Source of the DNA: Erysipelotrichaceae bacterium
GTDB lineage: Bacteria > Bacillota_I > Bacilli_A > Erysipelotrichales > Erysipelotrichaceae
Direction: 5' to 3'
Assembly (NCBI GenBank): GCA_963676105.1
Contig: OY781039.1
Span: 150,001-182,000 of the forward strand
DNA: 32,000 nucleotides
This document shows, in pieces, positions 8,221-16,276 of the stretch. The notes below the pieces were generated by a model. It had not been told where the DNA came from. It saw nothing but the letters and a program-made list of their open reading frames with translations, and made no database searches. The translations under genes were made by a program, and so were the position numbers. Within the stretch, counting starts at the first letter, position 1, and every line of letters begins with the position of its first letter.

Positions 8221-10212
8221 TTATCGACCGCGAATAACTTCAGCAGGATCTAATAAATTAATATGGTGAGTCAACGTAAAGACAAGCGTTAAAAAGACAG
8301 CCATCAGAATCAAGAAAACTTCAATAACATGATTAAAACCAAAACGAAATAATTCGATATTGCTGTAAAAGATATGTGTATCAATAAAATGCATTTTTAG
8401 TGCGAAATTAAGAATATCAATCATAGATGGTACCATGACCATAACTAAAGCTAAAATTAAAAGTCCTAAAACAAGTGCTTCTATCCAGAAGATTCTTTGT
8501 ATTTGCCTCATCCCACAACCAAGACTTCTAAGTATGCCAATTGTTTTTCTTCGATAAGCAATCGAATGACTAATGCTATAACCTAAGAAGATTAATGCAA
8601 TATATCCCATTAAAGGAACTAACATCCCCATCAGTAAAGATAATTCATAGCGTGAATAAATATTAATGCGATCATCAGTTGCAGGGAAGATATTGATTTT
8701 TCCTAAGTCTTTTAAATCATTAAGAAGCTGCGTAAGATTTGTCTCTTCACTAAATCGAATTCCATAAGTTTGTGTAATGCGCGTATACTGATTATCTTGT
8801 ATAAAGGGTTCAGTTGTATAAATAAGGGGAATATTACTGAGAAGAGCTATGTTTTCACCATTCATCAACACTACATTTTCTTCAAGAATTCCAACAATTT
8901 TAAATGATTCAAAGTTATTGATAATAAGTTCTTCAGAATCGATTAAATCATGAAGTTGACTTGAAATGACGACTTCATCATCACTCAGTGGTAATCGACC
9001 TATAAGATTCGAACTGTTTTCTAAAATGCTCGCTGAAGTGAAACTTAATACAGAGTCTTGTAGGATATCTAAATCACTTTTAGTCATTCGTATCATCCAG
9101 TCTTCAATTTGAAGATTTTTAATATTTGCATCTTCTAGTTTTAATAATTCATCATTGACTAAAATATGTGAGCGAGAGAAAAAGATACTGTGATTATCCA
9201 ATGCGATTTGATTAATTTGAGCACGGACAATTGAATTAATATTTTTGGTTTTAATAATTTCACTTGGATTATATTGATTGATACTTTTTAAATTAAAAGT
9301 TTCAGTGATTAATACTTGATCTTGTTGACTCGCTTGTATGACACGTGCATTGATGTCTGGATCGGCATATAGAGAGGTATAAATGGAGCTTAGAATAGCG
9401 ACTAAAAAGGCTACAATGATGGCACTTACTATGATTCTAACTTTATTATGTAATAAGTTACCTAAACCTAGTTTGATTGTATATGATAGGGGCAGTTTAG
9501 CTGCTTTTGTATATTTTTGATAAACTGCATCATTACCAAAAGTTTTTCCACTATCATCTATGACTTGTCCATCGGCAATTTCAATAATACGATCTGCAAA
9601 TTGATGGGCATATTCTGTGTCATGAGAGACAACTAAAACCAAACGTTTTTTTGAAAATTTCTTAAGTAAATTAAAGATCGCAATAGAAGTCTCAGAATCT
9701 AAATTCCCGGTTGGTTCATCTGCACACAAAATTGCGGGATCTTTTATGAGTGCTCTTGCGATGGCAACTCTTTGTTTTTGCCCACCTGAGAGTTCAGATA
9801 TTTTTCTATGCTCCAAACCTTCTAGTTCAACTTCTTTTAAAGTATTTAAAATAATTTCATCGGTATAAGCTTTCTTTTGTAGTTTTAAAGGTAAGGCAAC
9901 ATTTTCATAAACAGTTAAATCTGATATTAAGTGATAAGCTTGGAAAATGAAACCAATATATTGATTACGATATCGAGATAAATGTTCATCATCAAAACGT
10001 TTAAGTTCAATGCCATCAAAAAGTATCTTTGAGCTATTCGCATTATCTAATCCACCTATTATTGATAATAGAGTAGTTTTACCTGAACCGCTTTTTCCAT
10101 GAATAAAAACCAGTCCTTTTGAGCCGAAAGTTAAGTTAACTTTATCAAGTGCTTTTAAAGGATGGGTGCTTTGTGATTGATAGATTTTGGACGCATTTTT
10201 TATTTCAATCAT
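8221..10212 (-). CDS. Fused ABC transporter ATP-binding/FtsX-family permease protein (MacB-like architecture with a large extracytoplasmic domain), 663 aa
   Basis: Walker A GKSGSGKTT, signature LSGGQKQR, Walker B ILCADEPTGNLD and H-loop VVSHD. Then TM1 (around residues 258-280), a hydrophilic region of about 260 aa, and three C-terminal TMs with an FtsX-like pattern. AGGTGA SD; the ATG directly follows the upstream TAA. Confidence 0.85.
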   Translation of the reverse strand: MIEIKNASKIYQSQSTHPLKALDKVNLTFGSKGLVFIHGKSGSGKTTLLSIIGGLDNANSSKILFDGIELKRFDDEHLSRYRNQYIGFIFQAYHLISDLTVYENVALPLKLQKKAYTDEIILNTLKEVELEGLEHRKISELSGGQKQRVAIARALIKDPAILCADEPTGNLDSETSIAIFNLLKKFSKKRLVLVVSHDTEYAHQFADRIIEIADGQVIDDSGKTFGNDAVYQKYTKAAKLPLSYTIKLGLGNLLHNKVRIIVSAIIVAFLVAILSSIYTSLYADPDINARVIQASQQDQVLITETFNLKSINQYNPSEIIKTKNINSIVRAQINQIALDNHSIFFSRSHILVNDELLKLEDANIKNLQIEDWMIRMTKSDLDILQDSVLSFTSASILENSSNLIGRLPLSDDEVVISSQLHDLIDSEELIINNFESFKIVGILEENVVLMNGENIALLSNIPLIYTTEPFIQDNQYTRITQTYGIRFSEETNLTQLLNDLKDLGKINIFPATDDRINIYSRYELSLLMGMLVPLMGYIALIFLGYSISHSIAYRRKTIGILRSLGCGMRQIQRIFWIEALVLGLLILALVMVMVPSMIDILNFALKMHFIDTHIFYSNIELFRFGFNHVIEVFLILMAVFLTLVFTLTHHINLLDPAEVIRGR

Positions 10213-11541
10213 TTACTCACCTTTAAGGACCATCATTAATGGGTGTTTTTTAAATCGTATTTTTAGTAATACGACATTTAATAGAGATGTTCCAATTAAT
10301 AAGATAAAACTAAACAAAAGTATCAGTAGAATATTTAGACTTAAAATCGCCTCATCAAAAAAGAAGTGATGATTTAAATTAATCACATACATCAAGGAAC
10401 CCAAAATTCCGATTAATATAGAAAAAAGATTAATTATACTAATCTCCCAAAACAGTAAGACCCAAATATCTATAAAACGTGCGCCAATGGCTTTATAAAT
10501 CGAAAACTCTTTAAGTCTTTCATCAATAGTAGCAGCTTGAGTTACGTACGATACAGATGACACAATAAGGATTAAAATCGTATAGACAAATAGACTGTTA
10601 TCTAGACTCAAATAACGTTGTAGATTATTTGCCATAGTATCTAATTCACTCGCCATAAAAAGACTATTTTCATTCAAATTTGGAAATTGAATAAATTGTA
10701 GATAAGACTGTAATAAGAAAAGTAAAACTAAACTAATAGAAAGAATCACAGTGGTCATAATATTTTGACCAGTGCGATATTTAATTTGTCGAAGAGCATA
10801 TTTAAATGCAGACGTAAAACTTAAGTGATTATCCTTTAGATTAAGATTTTTTTGACTTGATTTATTTTCGTGTTTAATAAGATCTGATAATACTTCACCA
10901 TCTTTAATTCTTAATAATCGATCACCATAGACTTCTGCTTCTTCAGGATCATGTGTTACGACAATGATCAGTTTTTCTTTAGAGATTTCCTTTAACAGTT
11001 CAAGAATCTGTTTTGCGGTATTTGTATCTAAATTACCCGTTGGTTCATCAGCTAAAATGAGCTGAGGATCTTTAATTAAAGCTCTAGCAATTGCTAGACG
11101 TTGTTTTTGACCACCTGATAATTCTGAACCTAAGTGATGTTTATGATCCTTTAAGCCTACAAGATCAAGAAGATGATCTATTTTTTCTTGATCAACTTTC
11201 ATTCCTTGTAGTTCACAAACAAAGGCTAAATTCATCTCAACACTATAGGCATCAATAATATTAAAGTCTTGAAATACAAAGCCAATCAATTGATTTCTAA
11301 GCTCTGTTTTTTCATTTTCACTTACTGTAGATAAGGAAATGTTATCGATTTGTATTTCACCACTACTTAGATGATCTAGGGCTCCTAAGCAATTTAGAAG
11401 GGTGCTTTTACCACTACCACTTTTACCCAAAATAAAAACCAATCCTTTATCAGGAAAGGTTAAATTGATGTCTCTTAAGGCTTCAACTTTAACACCACTT
11501 GCGGTTTGATAGGTTTTATTAACATGTGTAAGAGTAATCAT
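10213..11541 (-). CDS. Fused ABC transporter ATP-binding/FtsX-family permease protein with only a short extracytoplasmic loop, 442 aa
   Basis: Walker A GKSGSGKST, LSGGQKQR, LILADEPTGNLD and VVTHD. The C-terminal part has 4 TMs with an FtsX-like segment (YKAIGARFIDIWVLLFWE...). Confidence 0.85.
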   Translation of the reverse strand: MITLTHVNKTYQTASGVKVEALRDINLTFPDKGLVFILGKSGSGKSTLLNCLGALDHLSSGEIQIDNISLSTVSENEKTELRNQLIGFVFQDFNIIDAYSVEMNLAFVCELQGMKVDQEKIDHLLDLVGLKDHKHHLGSELSGGQKQRLAIARALIKDPQLILADEPTGNLDTNTAKQILELLKEISKEKLIIVVTHDPEEAEVYGDRLLRIKDGEVLSDLIKHENKSSQKNLNLKDNHLSFTSAFKYALRQIKYRTGQNIMTTVILSISLVLLFLLQSYLQFIQFPNLNENSLFMASELDTMANNLQRYLSLDNSLFVYTILILIVSSVSYVTQAATIDERLKEFSIYKAIGARFIDIWVLLFWEISIINLFSILIGILGSLMYVINLNHHFFFDEAILSLNILLILLFSFILLIGTSLLNVVLLKIRFKKHPLMMVLKGE

Positions 11542-11549
11542 GCATGATG

Positions 11550-11558
11550 ATTATAGCA
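11550..11558 (-). promoter_or_regulatory. Candidate extended -10 promoter (TGcTATAAT) 8 nt upstream of the ABC operon ATG; leaderless-type arrangement
   Basis: The minus strand reads tatgcTATAATcatcatgcATGATT. No Shine-Dalgarno lies between the -10 and the start codon at 11541. Confidence 0.45.
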
Positions 11559-11720
11559 TAGTGAAAGTCTCATATTTCCATTCATTATTCATAAAGACAC
11601 AAAGTTTCATTAGCTTAAAATAATGTATGGTTTTTAAAAAATATGAATAGGTTTATAATAAATTTAGGAAGTAGACCAACTAAATATAGGGTGATAATCA
11701 ATAGCTAGGAGAATTCTTTT

Positions 11721-12977
11721 ATGGAAAAATTCACACTAAGGGAACTTGCGGTTCCGATGATTAAAGCAATTGATAGTTTTAATTATCTTTTAAAGTCTCA
11801 TCACAGAAGAGTTGCGGTCGCATCATATCATATTGGTAAACAACTAGGTATGAGTAATGATGAATTACTAAATCTTGTGATTGCGGCATCCTTGCATGAT
11901 ATTGGGGCGTTGTCTGTTCAAGAAAGAGATATGCTAATTCAAGAAGATGTCGAAAATCCTGAACCACACTGTATTATGGGGCACAGAATGTTACAAACAT
12001 TTGATGTTTTTTCAGAGATTGCACAAATTATCAAACATCATCATATAAATTATGAAAAATCTAAATCAATGTTAGAAAGTGAAGTTCCATTTGCCTGTTT
12101 TATTATTCATTTAGCAGATAGAGTTGATGTCATGATTAATCCTGATCAGTTTATCTTAGGTCAAAAAGAAAAAGTTACATCACATATCAGAGACAAAGTT
12201 GGTACTGTTTTTCATCCAGATGTTTTTGATGCGTTTGTGAAAGCTTCTAAATCTGATATCTTCTGGATAGATATGAATAATATGAGTATTGAACAACTCT
12301 TTAAAGAACTTGATTTTACCTTTGATGTAGAAATGAGTTTTGATTTAATTCTAGAGTTTGCTTTAACTATGTCTAAGATTGTTGATTTTAGATCACAATT
12401 TACAGCTGCACATTCATATACCGTTGCTCAATTAGCGTCCTTAATCGGTGGTTATTTCGGATGGAATGAAGTAGACTGCAAAAAACTAAAAATTGCAGGT
12501 TATTTCCACGATATTGGCAAAATAGGTATTGATCCAGGGATCATAGAAAAACCTGGAAAACTTTCAGATGAAGAATTTCAAATGATTAAATTGCACCCAT
12601 ATTTTACTGATCAAATCCTTCAAGAACTCCACGATTCTGAATGGTTCAAAGATATTGTTGATTGGGCAAGCAATCATCATGAAAACATTCAAGGTACAGG
12701 ATATCCTCACGCAATCAGTGGTCAAGAAGTTCATACAGGAACTAAAATATTGGCTTTCTCAGATGTCATTACGGCACTACTCGAAGATCGTCCTTATCGT
12801 GAAGGACTACCGGTTGAAAAAGCATTTAATATTATAAGGGGTGAAGTTGCCCCTAAGATATCCGCAGATATGTTTGAAGTTATATACCAACATCGTGATG
12901 AAATTGACAGAGTTGTTCAAGAATGTAAACTCTATTCTTCTGATGAATATCATAAAGGGAAAGCCGTCTACCATTAA
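11721..12977 (+). CDS. Tandem HD-domain protein: N-terminal HD-like domain + C-terminal HD-GYP domain (putative c-di-GMP phosphodiesterase), 418 aa
   Basis: N-terminal half has HHRR...HDIG...HC...KHHH. C-terminal half has AHSYTVA...FHDIGKIGI...HHENIQGTGYP (HD...GYP signature). AGGAGA SD. Confidence 0.8.
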   Translation: MEKFTLRELAVPMIKAIDSFNYLLKSHHRRVAVASYHIGKQLGMSNDELLNLVIAASLHDIGALSVQERDMLIQEDVENPEPHCIMGHRMLQTFDVFSEIAQIIKHHHINYEKSKSMLESEVPFACFIIHLADRVDVMINPDQFILGQKEKVTSHIRDKVGTVFHPDVFDAFVKASKSDIFWIDMNNMSIEQLFKELDFTFDVEMSFDLILEFALTMSKIVDFRSQFTAAHSYTVAQLASLIGGYFGWNEVDCKKLKIAGYFHDIGKIGIDPGIIEKPGKLSDEEFQMIKLHPYFTDQILQELHDSEWFKDIVDWASNHHENIQGTGYPHAISGQEVHTGTKILAFSDVITALLEDRPYREGLPVEKAFNIIRGEVAPKISADMFEVIYQHRDEIDRVVQECKLYSSDEYHKGKAVYH

Positions 12978-12990
12978 TCAATTTACAAAT

Positions 12991-13029
12991 AGATATGCGC
13001 AAATTTAATCTGCATATCTTTATATTTTT
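12991..13029 (+). terminator. Probable intrinsic terminator after the HD-GYP gene
   Basis: AGATATGC-(13 nt)-GCATATCT followed by the T-rich ttatattttt. Confidence 0.55.
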
Positions 13030-13056
13030 GACTCAATTCTATATATAAAGTATACT
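13028..13056 (+). promoter_or_regulatory. Candidate sigma-70-type promoter of the BCCT transporter gene
   Basis: TTGACT (13028..13033), 17-nt spacer, TATACT (13051..13056). This leaves an AT-rich leader of about 115 nt before the AAGGAG SD and ATG 13178. Confidence 0.55.
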
Positions 13057-13177
13057 TTGAAGGCAGCATTTTTGAATGTTATATTAATTTATCAAAATCT
13101 GATTAATCATATATTAAGTCTTTTTAATTTATGTACAATTAATTTTTTTATTTGCTGTTGATAAAAAGGAGATATTT

Positions 13178-14965
13178 ATGAATGAAGATAAGCATCAAAA
13201 AATAGCTTCAATGAGAATTTTGGCTAAAAAGCTTCATAAAGCTGAAGTAGAAGCTAGAAAGAAAGCGGTCAAAAACAGAGATCTTTTCAAAGGATTACAG
13301 ATTAGACCTACAACATCTTTATTTGACGAAGAAGGTCGACAAGAACCCGGTGAAAATAACTGGAAAGGGTTTGGATTTGATTTACATCCACAGGTTTCAT
13401 TTGTTTCGGCAATCTTGTTAATCGTTTTTATATCGTTAACACTTATTTATCCAATTAAAGCGGATCAAATATTTGGTAACTTAATGAGTTCAATAACAAC
13501 AAACTTTGGTTGGTTCTTTATTTTATCTGCAAATATCTTTATTATCGCAGCAGTATATTTCGCTTTTGGTAAATATGGCGATATTGTCATTGGTGGTAAA
13601 GGGTCAAAACCAGAATTCAGCCGATTTGGTTGGTTTGCCATGTTATTGAGTGCGGGTATGGGTATTGGATTATTATTTTGGAGTGTAGGCGAGCCTATAA
13701 GCCATTTAATGAATCCATCTCCACTTTTTGGTGATATTAATCCATTATCTTCAGCAGCTGCACAAGCAGCTATGACGACAACTTTTTTTCACTGGGGTGT
13801 TCATCCATGGGCTATTTATTCAATTGTAGGATTAGGCTTAGCTTTCTTTGCTTATAATGAAGGACTTCCTCTAACAATTCGTTCAGTATTTTACCCATTA
13901 ATCGGCAATAAAATTTATGGTTTCTGGGGAAATGTTATTGATATCTTATCTGTTTTAGCAACTTTGGCTGGATTAGCCACTTCACTAGGATTTGGAGTTG
14001 CACAAGTCAATGCTGGTCTAAATTTCTTGTTTGGTATACAGATGAGTACAAGTATTCAAGTTATATTAATTGTGGTTATTACTGGAATGGCTACGACATC
14101 TGTTGTCTTAGGTTTAGATAGTGGAGTCAAGCGATTAAGTGAAATTAATATGGTGCTTGCAGGTATTTTCTTAATTCTTATTTTAGTGTTTGGACCAACT
14201 GTTTTCATCTTAAGTGGCTTCACACAAAATGTGGGTAATTATATTTCTAACTTTGTAAAAATTAGTCTATGGACTGAAACGTTTAGTGGTACTAATTGGC
14301 AAGGAGCATGGACTGTATTCTATTGGTCATGGTGGATTTCATGGTCACCATTTGTTGGAATGTTTATAGCACGTATTTCTAAAGGAAGAACAGTACGTGA
14401 GTTTATATTAGGTGTATTATTAGTTCCTACTTTATTGTCATTGTTATGGATGAGTGTTTTTGGTGGAACAGCAATCTATCTTGAGATGAATGAGATTGCA
14501 AATATCGCAACAGCAGTATCTACGGATGTCGCAATTGCATTATTCGCGATGGTTCAACATTTGCCTTGGACACAAGTTCTTTCAGTCGTTGGAATCATTT
14601 TAGTTATTGTGTTCTTCGTTACATCATCTGATTCGGGTTCACTGGTCGTCGATCATTTAACTTCTGGTGGTAAACTGGATTCACCAGTTCCACAAAGAGT
14701 TTTTTGGGCTGTTATGGAAGGGGTTGTTGCGGCTACATTATTAATTGGTGGCGGACTTTCATCTTTACAAACAGCGTCAGTTATTACAGGTCTACCATTT
14801 GCGATTCTTTTGTTACTTTTAGTAATATCTTTGAATTCTGGTTTACATAAGGAATATGAAATTGAAAAGGCAGTGGATAAACGTCTAAGAGAAGTTGAAG
14901 AAGAGCATTTCTTAAATGAAGCAATTTATGATGCAATTCAAGATGAAAATAGCGATAATACTTAA
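13178..14965 (+). CDS. BCCT family (betaine/carnitine/choline) transporter, 595 aa
   Basis: 12-TM pattern with a Trp-rich conserved BCCT segment (WTVFYWSWWISWSPFVGMFIARISKGRTVREF). Charged N- and C-terminal cytoplasmic extensions. Confidence 0.85.
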   Translation: MNEDKHQKIASMRILAKKLHKAEVEARKKAVKNRDLFKGLQIRPTTSLFDEEGRQEPGENNWKGFGFDLHPQVSFVSAILLIVFISLTLIYPIKADQIFGNLMSSITTNFGWFFILSANIFIIAAVYFAFGKYGDIVIGGKGSKPEFSRFGWFAMLLSAGMGIGLLFWSVGEPISHLMNPSPLFGDINPLSSAAAQAAMTTTFFHWGVHPWAIYSIVGLGLAFFAYNEGLPLTIRSVFYPLIGNKIYGFWGNVIDILSVLATLAGLATSLGFGVAQVNAGLNFLFGIQMSTSIQVILIVVITGMATTSVVLGLDSGVKRLSEINMVLAGIFLILILVFGPTVFILSGFTQNVGNYISNFVKISLWTETFSGTNWQGAWTVFYWSWWISWSPFVGMFIARISKGRTVREFILGVLLVPTLLSLLWMSVFGGTAIYLEMNEIANIATAVSTDVAIALFAMVQHLPWTQVLSVVGIILVIVFFVTSSDSGSLVVDHLTSGGKLDSPVPQRVFWAVMEGVVAATLLIGGGLSSLQTASVITGLPFAILLLLLVISLNSGLHKEYEIEKAVDKRLREVEEEHFLNEAIYDAIQDENSDNT

Positions 14966-15158
14966 AAAGGAAGTCGATGAGATTAACCCTTATAGTAGGT
15001 ACTATTAAAAGTGCCTGCTTTTTAATTTGTGATAATATCACTTGTGATTCAATTATTTTGTCAATTAGATAGTGACATGACCTTCATTAAAAAGAGATTT
15101 ATGCTTTTACATAAGCCTATTAACTGCGTGTCAAACTGATGCAAGAACTGATAAAATA

Positions 15159-15330
15159 GTGTATCCAAAAGAACTAAAAATCATTTTAGCGAGCGATATT
15201 CATTATTGCGATGACGCACTGTTTAATGTTGGTTTGGTATTTGAAAACTAAGAAATAAGATCTGATGGAAGGCTTCTACAATATAAAGAAGATATCAGTT
15301 ATGGTTTAATGTCGATCCATAACTTGACTT
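15159..15330 (+). pseudogene. Possible decayed remnant of a metallophosphoesterase-like gene
   Basis: Short interrupted reading frames in a noncoding gap of about 460 bp. They read PKELKIILASDIHYCDDALFNVGLVFEN* and EIRSDGRLLQYKEDISYGLMSIHNLT*. The first resembles a calcineurin-like phosphoesterase N-terminal motif (D-x-H). Confidence 0.3.
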
Positions 15331-15394
15331 AGATACGTATTTAAGAACTATGATAAACTCCATGTTTCAAAATCATTATTCAATCCATATCAAC

Positions 15395-15430
15395 AAAAAA
15401 ATCCCTTATTCACTTTAGAATGGGGGATTT
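15395..15430 (-). terminator. Intrinsic terminator at the end of the aromatic amino acid operon
   Basis: The minus strand reads AAAATCCCCcattctaaagtgaataaGGGATTTTTTT, a stem plus T-run immediately after the tyrA stop. Confidence 0.7.
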
Positions 15431-16275
15431 TACTTATTGAATTCTTTTCGACGTTGGGTTGATTGAATAAATAGACGCTTCATTTCATCAACGTCATTAT
15501 TAATTAATGTTTCCTTGAAGCGATTGAGTTCTTTTTCAAAATCTTCGATTTCTTGGATTAGAAAGTCTTTGTTTAAAAGAAATAGTTCAGACCACAAATG
15601 TTCGTTAATTTTCGCAATACGGGTTAAATCTCTAAAGGAATCACCTGTATACTCCTTTAAATGCGTATTATCACTTGTATTCATTAAGCTTACCGCAATC
15701 ACATGAGTCAATTGAGAAACAAAACCAATCATTTTGTCATGTTCTTCGATGGATAGTTCTACAATCCGCGCAAAGCCTATGGTTTCGCCTATGTCTCTTG
15801 CGATTTGAATACCTGCTCTTGTGTTTTTTGAAGTAGGTGTAATGATGTAGTTTGCCTTTAGAAAAATGGTCTCGTCACTGTTTTGAACACCACTGACTTC
15901 TTTTCCAGCCATTGGATGTGCCGCTATGAATTCTACATCATCTCTTAAGAAAGATTGAATGAGATCTACAACGTTTTGTTTAACACCACTCACATCAGTT
16001 AAATAAGCACCTGTCATAAAATGTTTCTGGTTTTTGTTAACCCATTCAATAAAGGCATGAGGATAGAGAGCAGAAATAATTATATTAGCTTTACTGATTA
16101 ATTCAGTATTATGAATAGAACCTTGATCAATAATATTATGTTCTAAAGCGTAATCAATTGATTCTTGATTGATATCCAAGGCAAAAACAGTGAAACCATG
16201 CTTTTTAAAAGCTTTCGCATAACCTCCACCAATTAAACCTAATCCAACTATCAGAATCTTTTGATTTTTGTTCAT
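15430..16275 (-). CDS. tyrA: Prephenate dehydrogenase
   Basis: N-terminal Rossmann motif ILIVGLGLIGGG followed by a PDH-family pattern. The tracked ORF starts at TTG 16293, inside aroA. ATG 16275 lies 1 nt after the aroA stop (TAAgATG) and is preferred. Confidence 0.85.
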   Translation of the reverse strand: MNKNQKILIVGLGLIGGGYAKAFKKHGFTVFALDINQESIDYALEHNIIDQGSIHNTELISKANIIISALYPHAFIEWVNKNQKHFMTGAYLTDVSGVKQNVVDLIQSFLRDDVEFIAAHPMAGKEVSGVQNSDETIFLKANYIITPTSKNTRAGIQIARDIGETIGFARIVELSIEEHDKMIGFVSQLTHVIAVSLMNTSDNTHLKEYTGDSFRDLTRIAKINEHLWSELFLLNKDFLIQEIEDFEKELNRFKETLINNDVDEMKRLFIQSTQRRKEFNK

Positions 16276-16276
16276 C

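Noticed and set aside
8081-8269. 62-aa plus-strand ORF crossing the junction of the small ORF and the ABC gene
   Set aside because: It is out of frame within 7963..8220 and antisense to the ABC 3' end. Its composition is low-complexity and AT-driven, and it has no translation signals.
10187-10369. 60-aa plus-strand ORF across the ABC-ABC junction
   Set aside because: It is antisense to two well-supported ABC genes and looks like a shadow ORF.
11779-11967. 62-aa minus-strand ORF, plus the 12655..12837 plus-strand ORF, inside the HD-GYP gene
   Set aside because: They are antisense or out-of-frame shadows within a motif-supported CDS.
13057-13177. The AT-rich leader of about 115 nt upstream of the BCCT gene, considered as a possible riboswitch or osmoregulatory RNA
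   Set aside because: I could find no conserved riboswitch core motifs or stable alternative helices by eye. The sequence is almost pure A/T and is best left as an unstructured leader or second promoter region until tested.
14784-15041. 85-aa minus-strand ORF overlapping the 3' end of the BCCT gene
   Set aside because: It mostly lies antisense to the BCCT coding sequence. It has no SD and resembles no known family.
15515-15706. 63-aa plus-strand ORF inside tyrA. Similar shadow ORFs lie at 17780..18022, 17814..18017, 19165..19353, 21157..21339 and 22982..23200 inside aro genes
   Set aside because: All are embedded in, or antisense to, strongly supported shikimate pathway genes. None has independent translation signals.
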